A stretch of 64,000 bases of DNA, taken from positions 1 through 64,000 of the forward strand of contig FLMG01001379.1 of NCBI GenBank assembly GCA_900088475.1, in the 5' to 3' direction. The notes under the pieces were generated by a model, which searched no databases, was not told where the DNA came from, and saw only the letters and a list, made by a program, of their open reading frames with translations. Below, one piece after another: positions 35,662 through 47,814 of this stretch. Origin of the DNA: Hyphochytrium catenoides (taxonomy: Eukaryota > Protista > Hyphochytriomycota). A program made the translations under genes and the position numbers. The number at the start of each line of letters is the position of its first letter. Position 1 is the first letter of the stretch.

Positions 35662-38600
35662 CTTGGTTGGAGGCTTCCGATAACTGTACGCAAGCCTGCT
35701 TTCAATATTGTGCTTGTCCATTGGGCATAAATAAGGTGCAGAGCTTACACACAATAGCTGCTGCATGATAGCGTGTTGATGGGTTTGAATGACGCTCTTC
35801 CAGGTACCTTGTAGCGGGAATGGGAACTGTATCGAGGGTGTCTGCCAGTGCTTCGGTGGATTTGAATCGTCTGATCCTACTCAAGCAAACTGCGATGTTT
35901 GTAAGTGGAAGGAGTGTGCCAGTTCCCTCTGCCAACCTGGATCTTCAGACATCAAGTGCTACCTGATCCGCTTCTGTCCCTCCTTGCCTAAGTCTTATAA
36001 GGTTGATTGTCTTTTCCCTCCTCGCCTGTCAATCCAGTAGTCTAGTAGCTTCTCTCCTTTGATGCAGTAGCTCTCCTCAGCTAAGCCTCCCTAGACCCTG
36101 GTATGTTAAGTTAACAGCACTTTCTTAACATCTGCAGTGGTTCTTGGCATAAGCAGCTACCCGTACCTCATAGCTACCACTGCAGCAGCCATCACTCTCA
36201 TCATTACCATCCCGTCCTCGCTCATGGTTTTCCTACTGCGGCGGAAGAAGTCAATCATTGAGATGAGGCCAATTCTTTCCCAGCTGATCAATGGTGGCGT
36301 GGTTCTAGGAATGAGCGCTCTTCTATATGCCCTGAATAATGAATCTTCCAACGCGGATTGTGCTGCCATCTGGGCCGTACTGGACTACTCCTTCGTCATT
36401 ACGTATGGGACGCTTCTCCTCAAGGTACACCGCATCTCATTCTACGATGTGCGGGACACACTCAGGTTTGGCGCTTAGTGGCATGTCTTGTGGTTGCAGA
36501 TGTTGAGTATCTCTCGGACTGTGACATCCAAGAACTCCATTGCATTGGACGACCGATGGGTTATGAAGGGCCTACTAGCCCTCCTCCTCATCAACACAGC
36601 TGTACTTGGTATTGTGTATGGTAAAATGACCCTCGTCTATCTCAGAACTCATCCCTTGATCGCCTGACTACTTCTTCCTCCTTTTCCGATATGGAAAAGG
36701 GGTTCAGGGCGTGGACACTTTCAGTGACAGTCAGACAGCGAGTCAGCTTAGCCGGGAGGAGGGAATCACTGCTATGGTAAGGAACCTTGGTCAGCGGTAA
36801 CTAGATGGCTTAAGCATTCATGTCTTTGGAAATACGCCAAGAACTTTCAGTCCTGTTGCCCGACTTGGGTTGGGGCTCTAGTCTGTGCCAGTCGCCCAGT
36901 TCTATCTCTTGACAACTGAGAGTAGAACCTTGAAGTTTTATAGCACGTCTTCTCCACAATTGCCTGACTTTCTCGGACCGCCACAGGGCCCGGACCAGTC
37001 TGATGAATATTTAATCTTGCTGTGCTTCTGATTGGTACAGACATATCGCGGCTGTGTCTTGAGAGACTATGGCCTCATTCTCTCCATAATCATAACTAAG
37101 GCCCTCCTTGTCCTTGGAACTTTCATCATCAGCTTCAGGTCCAGAAGGGCCCCGGAGCCCCATGGAGGTATGCAGATTGTTATTGGGATATTCATATTCC
37201 GGCCGTTATTGTCTCGCCTTACATTCCCCATTCTTACCTCTCTCTTCCAGCGGAGAGTCGGGCCATTCTCTTCGCCATCTTCACTTCGGGTTGCGGTTGG
37301 GGTGTGGCCGGGCTACTCCTACTTCCCAATCTTCAGGTCCCTGGCGTAAATTATCAGTATATGTGTGTCTCCATAGGCATGGCGCTTTCCTTCGTAAGTA
37401 TTCACTACTAACTGGTCGTTCCCTACTTTCGGCTAGTCAATGGTTGTAACATCTCACTTTACTGCTCAATATCCTTAACATGGTCTCATCGCCGACCATC
37501 CCTCTCTCACTGAACTGCTCTCGTGTCCAGAGTATCTGTGTTCTATCTTCGGTGGGTCCTGCAATGCGTAACCATTTCTATAGCAGCCGCTCACGGTTTC
37601 TGGTAAGTGGCTTGTCCTCGATAACACTAAGCCTTCACCCCCAGGATCCTCATTATGCTCACCAATATCACCCCATTGCCTCTCTGTGGCTTATTGCCCA
37701 CAGATTGCTCCAGTCCATTTTTTGAGCCTATCAGCTAAAGGAGACGGGCTTAATGTGCAGGACCCTGGCAGCGTTAATGACCTGCTTATAAAGACCGACT
37801 GGTCAGGTAAGTTGAGGAACAATGTGGCCGATAGAGCGACAAAGGAACTTCATCCACACCCTCATTCGGCGGGGCAGAGCGCAGCGTGCATCCCATCTAA
37901 AGTAGGGCGAGAAAAGAAGGCTGGTTACCAGGCAGATAACAGGGAACATAAGACATTGACAGTCTTTCCTTAGACTTCAATAAGGTGGAAAGACTACACC
38001 AGCAGTTGGAGACATTGGGCTACCCGCTCACATCGTTGCCAGAGCTTCTTCTTTTCCTCCTGTCCGGGGACATCAAGATAAATAAAATGAGAGCCTATGC
38101 GGTGCGCTGTCTAAAGGTATTCGGCCCTTGCAGCCTTTCATCGTGTTGCCATGGCAGAAGATCCTTCGTCCTCCACTGTCTTTATCTGATCTTGGGCTCC
38201 CTCATGGTCCGTAATCAATGTCACGCTTAACTGTGTACTCTTTGTTCTCAAGCTTGCGCGATTTATCTCAGCTTTCCACTCGTGAATCTCTTCTTGGCAT
38301 TCTTGGTCGCCCTGCACCGAATGATGTACTCCATGGGCCTCAGTTTGCACCTGCCTTCAGGAGCTGGACAGCACAGACCTGGAGTTCCTACTCCCACAAT
38401 TGGTACAGGCTCTACGTTATGAGCCCCAGCTCAATGATCCTTCTTGTGGCCATTCTGAAACCCGGCATGCCTGCGAGGATGAGAGCCCGCTTGCATCCTT
38501 TTTAATAGCAAGAGCGATAGAAGAGGAGGTGTTCGGCACTGCTTTCCATTGGCAACTAGAAGTAGAGCTTCATGCCGAGATGTTGGTTACCTACAATGTG

Positions 38601-41600
38601 GTACGAGGCAGGAAGAGACTTGTAGAGATGTCGGTCTCCTTTTTCTTCGTCCTATATAGGCTCCTTCGGCTCCCTTTTCCCTTCTTGTTTCAGGCCTGCC
38701 TAGGCTAATATGCATACGAGGAGTCAACGGATTCCGTAGATAGAACCAACACAGCCTGTCCTTCGACTGTTGCTAAGCTAAGCCTGGTTGGCGCCGTAGG
38801 ACGGATTTCTTAAGAAGGTGTCCAGACCGAGTGATGTCATTTACATCTACAAAGGGTAAGTTGACCTGCTGAGGCGAGAGAACGAAGGCAAAATGAGAGA
38901 GCAGCCGGTTCTGAGCAATGGCTGTCGACGGCCATATCCAGGACCAATGCTCGCACTCTTATACCCATATGATTGCCAGGGTTCAAGAAGTATTCATGCG
39001 AGAGCTGAAGGCAAAAAACCCCGAGCTGCTGCAAAAGATTCAAAACCAGCGCAACTTCATGGCCAGGATTCATGAGGCGTGGAACGAGGCTGATGAGGAG
39101 GGAGGGAGCGCCTCCCAGAAGACAACCTATCTGCAAAAGAGTCTGGAAGCAGGGTAAGGATTGGCTAGTAGATTGCCCTCTGAAGTAAAAGAAGGTGGTC
39201 ATCTGGTAAAGTCCATCAATGACCGTAAGAGAAGACAGAGAGGACGGAGAAGAGCGAGGAGGAGTTAAGATAAATGGAAGTAGAGTAGTACGGGGTGAAG
39301 AAACACGTAGTCTCAGGAAGCGCAGGGTTGAAGACATTCAGAAGCAAGGCTAATAGCTTTTTTCTTACGCAAGCGGGAAGTACGAAGACCTTGCACTTCT
39401 GTCACCTGGCACTACCCACCCACTTTACCCTCAAGTGATAGTCAAAGGACTAGATCCTCGTGGCTGCTTTTTTCTGAAGAGCAAGACACGACCCCTTTTG
39501 GTTGACTTTGTCATAGACAAGGAGGCTATGATCAAGCGTGAAGAGGAAAGGATAAGGACCAAGGAAATGGTGGGCTACCTCCTCTCGGTCTCCATGACAG
39601 ACCGCTCCATACTGCAGTGTGTGATACCCCTGTCTCCTAAGCCCTATCACAGACTGCTCCTATTTATTGACTGTTGCCCTGGTAGATCTAGAGTTTAACT
39701 TAGAGCTCTCGACTTTGCAGGAAGAGTTCTACTCTGAAGACGATCAGGTACCCCAAGGAACTAAAAAGATTGCCAGCTACATTCAAAATGGGACCCTTAC
39801 GTCCTACACTTCGCTCATCATTTGGCTAATCCTTTCACCCATGCGCGCCTGTCTGTAGGTCAACGCTAAGAAGTACCGCATCAAAATAAAGAACCTGAAA
39901 GCAGAGCAACTCCTGAACTTTGACTCCAGCAGCCTAAGTGACCCTTTCATCTGTGTCGAGTGTCTAGGCAGAATAAAGGCCACAGAGTAAGACCTCTTGC
40001 GACACGGTCTTTCGCACGCTTAATATTCTTCTATAGACTTCCCTGAGCTTCAAGGCTTTCCTTTTTTCTTGGTTATCTCCTCTGAGCATACGTTGAGTAG
40101 GCTCTGACAGTTGTCTCTTACTTACGTATTAGGACTGTCATGGACTCTCTCTCTCCCCACTGGAAGGAAGAACTAGTTTTCACCGTCGGGCTGCGTCCCG
40201 ATGTCCTGCTCTTCTCCTTGTTTGATGATGATGACTTTGGCAGTGAGAAGAAGGGTGATCATAAACGAAAGAAAGACTTTCTTGGAGAGAATAGTGTTCT
40301 CATTGAGGATGGCTGGTGGTCTATGAGGTTAGTCCTTCCCTAGTTTGCCCCGTTCTCTTTGTGCTCAGATGTGTACGTGTTGCAAGGCATTTTCTGTGGG
40401 CTTGGCAATGCTACTTTGATCTCTGGAGCCGCTGTTCTTCATTAGTGACTCTTATCAAGTCTCTGGTCTTGCAGCAATGCGCTGATCTAAGCTTCTGACG
40501 TGAACAGTCCCGAAGACCAAGAACGCACAGAAAGGACCCTAGAGCTTGAATTGGAGAGAGTGAGGAGAGGAGGAGGTGGAACGGAGAAAATTAAGAGTGG
40601 CAAAGTACACTTTAGTATAATCTGCGAGGAACTCGCGCCTCATTCCCCACAACCGCCATCCTCGTCTCTTCCGCCTGTTCCCGGTGCAGTCGCTCATAAG
40701 TTCACTCCCATCGCACCTAGTGCCCTGGAGAGCAACTACAGAGAAAGAGCGAGACAAGCAGTTGAAGGATTTCTCTCGTCACACTCCTGCCGGCTAATTT
40801 ACAAAGCAGGGGACAATCTTCGCCAAGACGTACTGGCGCTACAACTGATGGGACACTTTGATTTTGTTCTGAAGCAGAGGGGCTTTGACTCGAAGATCAC
40901 AAAGTACGGTTGTCTACCACTAGAGCCCACCCGGGTAAGCTCTTGTCCTCTTTGTTTCTAAACTCTCTAGTGTTTTAGCTGAGCTATAGGTCCTGCCAAT
41001 ATTTGCCTACGGGGTGCTGCCTCTCCTGGTTTCATCGACATTTCCATTATTCTGTCTCCTATACCTTGCAGCAGCCGTTGCCGTGTCCGTCTTGTTGGTC
41101 ATCTTACTCTCATTAAATACTAACCACTCCGCTTAACTGTATCGATTGCTGGGTGTCACATGTCTCGGATCTCCTCAGGGTTTCATTGAAGTTGTCGACG
41201 CTATCCCCATCAGCAGAGCCCTGAGTGATTATAGCTCGCTCTCCTCCTTCCTCAAGAGCAAAGCTGGCGATATAGTCATGCCCAATGGTCTCGTTTCTGA
41301 ACCAGCTTTTCATTTGCATGCCTCGTCTCCCCTTCCAGCTTCGCCGTGAATACTCTCTCCACTGCGCTACGAACTTGATGTTAACACTTAGTGTATCTGG
41401 CCTTCTGTCTAGAAGAATATGCTGCCCCATTCAGCATTCTTCCATGGCCATTAATAGCGTTCGCCATTGCGATCTTTACCTCTCATTCTTCTCGTAGGCA
41501 TTCAGAAGGATATCTACAGCAACTACGTGCATTCCCTTGCGTCTGCCTGTGTACTTTCCTTCGTGCTGGGGGTGGGAGATCGCCATCTGGACAACATCAT

Positions 41601-42347
41601 GATAAGCCCTTGTGGGAAAGTGTTGCATATAGACTTTGGATTTCTCTTTGGGAATGATCCGAAACCATCTCCCCCTCCATTCCGTCTCACACCTGAGATG
41701 GTGGCCGTTCTGGGAGGTCCAAGAAGTAAGGTGAGAGTATAAAACGACGAGGTCACGAAAGTAGGACTTAGAGGAGAATACGCTATGGTGCCAGATAGCG
41801 CAGGGCAACTAAGCGCTAGCAGACGCAAGGGGGGTGGGCCACTAAGCAAGCAGGGCCAGTGAACTGACAGTTTCCCGCTCCTGTGGGTTATCCTCTGCTG
41901 CCAGGAGTTCAAGTTCTTCATACGCCTTTGTCAAGACATCTACATCACCATACGCGGATCACCATCCCTCTATCTGATGATGGTCAATCTTATGAGAGAT
42001 GCAGGCATACCTGACCTACAAGAAAAGCCAGATAGAGTTCTTGCGGAGGTGAGTAAGTCTCTGACATGGCTCATGCCCAATCCTCTCTATCTTTCGGTCC
42101 GTGTAGATGTAAGTAGCTCTCAGTTTTTGAATGTCTGCTCTCGAGCCGAAGGATAAGCGATGTATGAATCTATCATAACCGAGCTTCTCGCTTAATTCAG
42201 CTCCGCGCCAGATTGCTGCTTGGCAAGGACGATAAGAGGGCCCAAAAGTTTATGAAGCGGTTGGTACTGGAGAGTCAACAGCTCAGTACAGCTGTCCGGC
42301 TTAGCGTACAAGAGCTCCTTCACAAGTTTGCCGTCACTTTGTCATAA
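35662..42347 (+). CDS. EGF-like + class C GPCR-like 7TM + Vps34-like PI3-kinase fusion with inserted C2 domain, multi-exon; 5' end undefined
   Basis: Exons give CPLGINK|VPCSGNGNCIEGVCQCFGGF (EGF). 7TM motifs: DCAAIWAVLDYSFVITYGTLLLK, ESRAILFAIF, SVGPAMR. PIK helical domain: MRAYAVRCL, LPQLVQALRYE, LASFLIARA, FHWQLEVE. Kinase: HPLYPQVIVKGLDPRGCFFLKSKTRP, IYKAGDNLRQD, GVGDRHLDN, HIDFGFLFGNDPKP, EMVAVLGG. Stop at 42345-42347. Confidence 0.85.
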
Positions 42348-42514
42348 ATTTGTTCACACTGAACGGAAAGACGAGTAGGTGGCTACGGGGTGCCTTTAAA
42401 GTAACGAGCTTCTTGTCCAATTGGCAAAGGCGCCGCTTAGTTCTCTATGCATTTAGCAGGGCTGTAGAAAGGCAGTCGTGAAGGAAGTCTTCACAGATAA
42501 CGTCCTTAAGATGT

Positions 42515-45500
42515 CTATAGCCACTGCATTGCTTTGAAGGAGTAGTGAGTACTAAAACAGAAAGACATCGCCAGGAGCCACCAATACAGGTAGCCGTATC
42601 GCTCCCGTAGCTCCGGCATAATATCGAAGTTCATCCCATACACACCAGTCAAGAACTGCGCTGGCAAGAAAACAGCAAACACAATGATTGCAATCTTCAT
42701 CCTCTTCTCAATGCGTGCCTCCTATATTCAGATCAATGTGCAAAGCGGACAAGAGAGTGAGTTTGGTCACTGCATCTGATCGTCGCTAGTAAGATGCATT
42801 CACCCTACCTGCATCTTGTAGAAAGCATAGGTTAATTTACGGCATTGAGAGATAAAAGTGTCCACAAGTTCAACGGCCTGAGAGGAAAGCGATTAGTCAA
42901 GACCAAACCGCTTCCAAAAGAAACGCCGTCTGCACTGCAATTAGCAAGGACATCAGCAGCAGTGGAGGGTACAAAGGTGAATCGACGGGAAAGCCTTGGA
43001 GTGAACAAAGGTGACGAAAACTAAGAGCCATAGGTTATTGGGTAAAGAACATCAAACAAGGATCGCCAAAAGTGCTGGTAGAGATAAGAGGCGCATACAT
43101 CGCTGGCATCATCTCTCGTATCTCTTAAGTAGAAGACAGTGTTGGTATCTATGGCAGATGCTGCGATGAACTGATTGATGACATCAAGGTAGGGAAAGAG
43201 AATGCGACGAAGCTTGGCCAGTTGACCGCTGTGACAGAAGATGCATTAGTGACACTTTCCATGTATTGTAGATGCCATCTGGCGCAGTAAGCATCTCCAT
43301 TCCCACAATGACATTCTAGAGTAACCTTTGAGCGAGATTCGCTGCTTACCTAAGCCTATGTATTCGCGAAATCTGGAATTGGTGGCGTTCAATGTTCATC
43401 TCGTGCTCAAGTATCTCAAGCTGCGTCTGAAAGGCCTCGACAACTGCCTATCATAAGCAGGAAGGAAGAGCAGCGCTTAGTGAACTCTTTCGCAAGCGCT
43501 ATGATGTGTTGAGAAGGTGGCCCAGCGAGGTGACCATGCAGATATTGAGAGGCTAGGTGACAGTAGGCTAATGTATAAGGAATTTAGGAATTAGGCGCGC
43601 AAGGTGACAAATAGTCACCACACAGAGCCAAGACCGGCGACTTTTGGGAGAGCCTGGTGAGACTCAAGGAAGAGGGTTGCTAAGTTAGAATCAGGTCAGG
43701 AGACTCACCTTTGCCTCTCTAACCAGTTGATTTAGTATCTCATACGTTAGGAAGACTGCTCCTCCTGTCCTAAGCCGCGAAAGGCGATGGTTCATCTTCG
43801 CCACAATACCGCTCCACAAATGAGGAGGGCATTGGTCTAATATGGTCAACACTGTGCAGTCTTCGACTACCAGGATGTTGACCTATGCCACAATGCTAGT
43901 TAATGCAGAGTATCCGAATGAAGGGCAATTTGATATCATTCACTCACGACCAGGAATCACGACGAAGGACCATAGGTTGAAAGCCATTCATTGCAATGAA
44001 TATGAGGGTAACATGAAACGGCAAGACCATCACACTTTGAGGTTATCTATGGATGTAATCAGGAACAGTGACACGGACATCTAATAACTCAGTCACGAGG
44101 AGGGAAAGGGGAAGAAAGAAGGGGATGTGGTATCTTCATCTTAAAACCCACCTGACCAAGCTTCAATTGCGTAAGATCGTCCATTGCAGGAATTGAGGGG
44201 GCAATTGAGGAGAGACTGTTTCCCTCGCTGTTCATAGAAAGGCGCTCCTCCAACTCTTCTAAAGCCTGATCTTTACGTTTGAGCTCCCTTATCGTTAATG
44301 CCTCCTCCACCTCCTCACTTTCTCCAAGAAGATGCAGCTGTTCCTCGGGGCCTCCAACCGATCTCCTCGACGCTGAGCTGCAACAACACGTTAAGCTCTA
44401 TTCAGCAGAGCTGATGAGAAGAAGGCACTACAAAGAAGGCTCTATTCTCCCACCGTAACCAAGCCTTGCTCTGTAAGCGCATAAGACGGCGTATAGCGTC
44501 GTTCCACTGCCCCGACCGTCTACCTCCTTGGACCTTAGGACTGCCAGCTAAGGTTCCGTATCTAAGGAGGAATTGGTGAGTAACGGTATCAGACAGATAT
44601 GGAGCCTGAAGCAAAAGGAAGCTTCGTCATTGCAAAGTTTATAGTTTGCCTCTACCTGGAAGTATGCCGATGAAGGGCTTGGGGAGACGAGATATTGTGA
44701 GGACTGCTGCCAGTGCTGGAGACTCCTAGTGCGGCGCCTCTCTTGTCCGGTCCGGAGATATTGTTGAATTTCGTGGTGGTCCAGCCGTACCATATTCTAG
44801 ATGGTTTGGCCAGCAGGTTTCCCCCATCAATCTCATCATGATGGAAGGAGCCGTCATCTTCGTCTCCGTCTTCGACGTTCCCCTGCCCTAGTTGAACGAC
44901 CGGTAGCACAATAAACAAATGATGCTCGTGCTGCTCAATCTTCGGTCGTTGACCTAGGTGAGGAAGCAACAGAAGTCAATACGTATCGAAGATTACAAAT
45001 AAGCACATAACGAGCACAAGAGCCTTCAGCTAACAGAGAAAGAGGGAGGAGGGGAAGACATTTTTTTGCGCAAGCAGACAGCTAGGTTCCTGATGGACGG
45101 TTATTAGTAACACTAACCAAAGTGAAGAATGTCTTCAACTGCCAGGGGATGCAGCCTGTGCTTCACTGCTAGCCGCTTAAGAGCCAACTCGTTAACTCCA
45201 CGTAGATTGACCCACCGAACAGTTGCCCAGGGGGGTAGGTTTGAATAGGTAAACCCTTCGAAGTCCTTGACGTGAAACAGAGAGCGCACCCTAAAAGAAA
45301 ATGTTAAATCGCTGTCAAGAGGAGAATGTTATCGAATAGGCCCTCAACGAAATGCAGAGGACAACCACTAGCAGGCAGCTAAAAAAAGCATTCAGGAGTG
45401 CGCATCTGTTCTACAACATACAGTCTAGCCACGTGAAAATGACCAATTCAGCTTACCTTGATGGAGAATAGTCATGGACATCGAGTTCAACCGTGTCCTT

Positions 45501-47814
45501 TCTGAATGCTGAACCCTCAATAGATCTAACAGTGCTCGGGGAAAAGAGGTCTGCTAGCTTTATACGGAGTACCATAGATTCGAACTCTTCAAAGGTGACC
45601 CCGCCACTGTGGTCGCTATCCACCTATAGATGGGACCTTGAGCGGAGACTGGACTATCTATCCCTCTAATAGCGTTATTGTAGACCAAAAGAACGTTACT
45701 AGAGTAAGCAGAGGAACAAAAAAGAAGAGTCAAGATAAACCACGTCAGGGTGTTTTTAGGTACCCGTTTGAGCAAAGCCCTGAATGACGCTTGGTCCTCG
45801 CACCAGATGCCCAGTTGCTTGAGCCCCTCGTAGAAATCGTCGTAGGAGACCAATCCATCGGCTAATGCAGGGCACAACAGCCATGAATGGTAGGGGAAAG
45901 TTAGAAGACTACCAACCGGGCAGTGGAACGAAGCAAGTTTGTATGCTGGAACTTGAGGGGAGGCAAGACTTAACATTTTCAAGAATCTTACCGTTCAGAT
46001 CAAGTTTGGAAAACAATCTCTGAAGTAGACTTCTGGTAGTGTCGAAGTAGCTGGAGGGAACAGATCAGCGAGGTGTCGTCAATTCATATGCCAACAAATG
46101 CGTACACTACTGGCCACAGCATCTTATCAGCTTGTAACATTCATCTTGAGCTATTATAGAAGCGTGCGCCCTTTCCAGCATGGAACTTACGGGTCTAGAA
46201 GTGAGAGGTCATCACTTATCTCTCGGTGTCTCTCTCCGTCGTCAAATGAGTGACGACGCCTGCTCAGTGGAGAAGCAATGACATTAAAGCCCTGCAGATC
46301 CACATCGCGAGTTTTGATGGAAGGAAATGTCTTTGGGCGAAGTGGGGTGGATCCTAAAGCGAGGGAGATTGAATAAAGTCAGAGTTAGCCCGCATGCCAA
46401 GCCTAAAAAGCGCCGAGCCCAATCAGGGGCAGATGAAGACAAGGCATAGAGAGGGCTAAATGGAATATACAGAGGGAGAAGATGGACGGAAGACACTCTC
46501 GTTCTCCTACCTCTTTCCTCCTTCCCAGAGTTTCGTTCATACTGAGCCAAAGTTTTCTTGGCCGATTCAAGAAAATAGGCTGTAGCGTTGTCAACATCCT
46601 GCGAACTCTTTCCTTCTTCATTCGTGGATGACTCGTCTGCAAAGAACGAGCTCTTTGATCTTTTCTCTCGATTAAGATCAAGATTCAAGCAGCTTAGATC
46701 GATTTTCTCCATCTTTCCCGAGCGCATCTTAGGTGTGCCATGGCCACGATTGCACAGGCTAGGAGCATACCTTTGTTCCTCTGGAGGCAAAACTGACTCC
46801 TGTTCAGAACGTGAGGTACTTTTATTGTCAGTGATGAATTCCAAGCACCCTAAAGAGGTAGCCAGCGGCGGAGAGCAAAAAGGCAGGATGAAGTACTAGT
46901 AATAACGGGACGAGCGACGGCAAGTAGAACCCAGCTAGTGGTATGGGTTTAGAAGTAATCCTAACTCGAGCTCTTACCTCCTCCTCCTGTCCCGGCTTTT
47001 GATTGCTTCCCCAGAGCCAGTTTGTCATGCGATCCCCGATTGACCCAGTGCGATAAAATGTGTAGGATTGTCTCTTGACTAGCAAAGGAGTGGTCTCGTA
47101 CGAGTCTTTCGCCTGGATATGTTCAATTGCATCCTCTCCGTCCTTGGCGTCTGCTCTTGAGGCTCTTCTTCCAAAAGCCAGCTGCGTGACGGCTGGATTG
47201 CTAACAAAATCTCCATCGTTTTCTCCTTGTCTAAATTTATGCTCTGGCAGAACCGCAGTGGTGGTAATGTTCTGGTTGGCCTCTGGTCTTGAGCTCCGTC
47301 TGCCGAAAGGTAGCTGGGCAACCGCGGGGTTGATGGAGGTCTGTACATCTAGATCGCCTTGCTTGTCGGGACCAGTGACAACGTGAGACGCTCCGTCACT
47401 ATGCTGAGAGCCAACTTTAGCCTCGGGCCGGGACCTCCTCCTGGAGAAGGGAAGTTGAGCGACGGCTGGACTGATAGCCTTCTGACCGCTGCTCTCCCTC
47501 TGCCTCTCGGGTGGTGGCCCTACCGCAATAAGTCCACTTGGCTTGTGGTTACTTGTCTGCCCTGACTCTTCAGGGCGAGATCTGGATCGTGTAAAAGGGA
47601 TTTGCGCTACTGCTGGGCTTATGTTACGGGAGCGCTGCTCTCCAGAAAGACTATTACCTTCTTCAAAATTTCCTTCCAGGTCTTTTGAGCGGACATGCTT
47701 CTTGGCCTCAGCCGTCGGTGAGCTTGAGGAGGAACCAGGATGGGACCCTTGTCTGACGGGATCTGTGCTCAGTGGGAACTGGGGTGCTTCCCGAGATGAA
47801 CTATTGCTTTCCAT
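42515..47814 (-). CDS. CorA-family Mg2+ transporter with N-terminal repeats and an EF-hand pair, multi-exon
   Basis: VRWVNLRGVN, HRLHPLAVEDILH, QRPKIEQHEHHLFIVL, and C-terminal FLPAQFLTGVYGMNFDIMPEL...GYLYWW (GMN signature). EF loops are DLNADGLVSYDD and DSDHSGGVTFEE. Confidence 0.9.
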
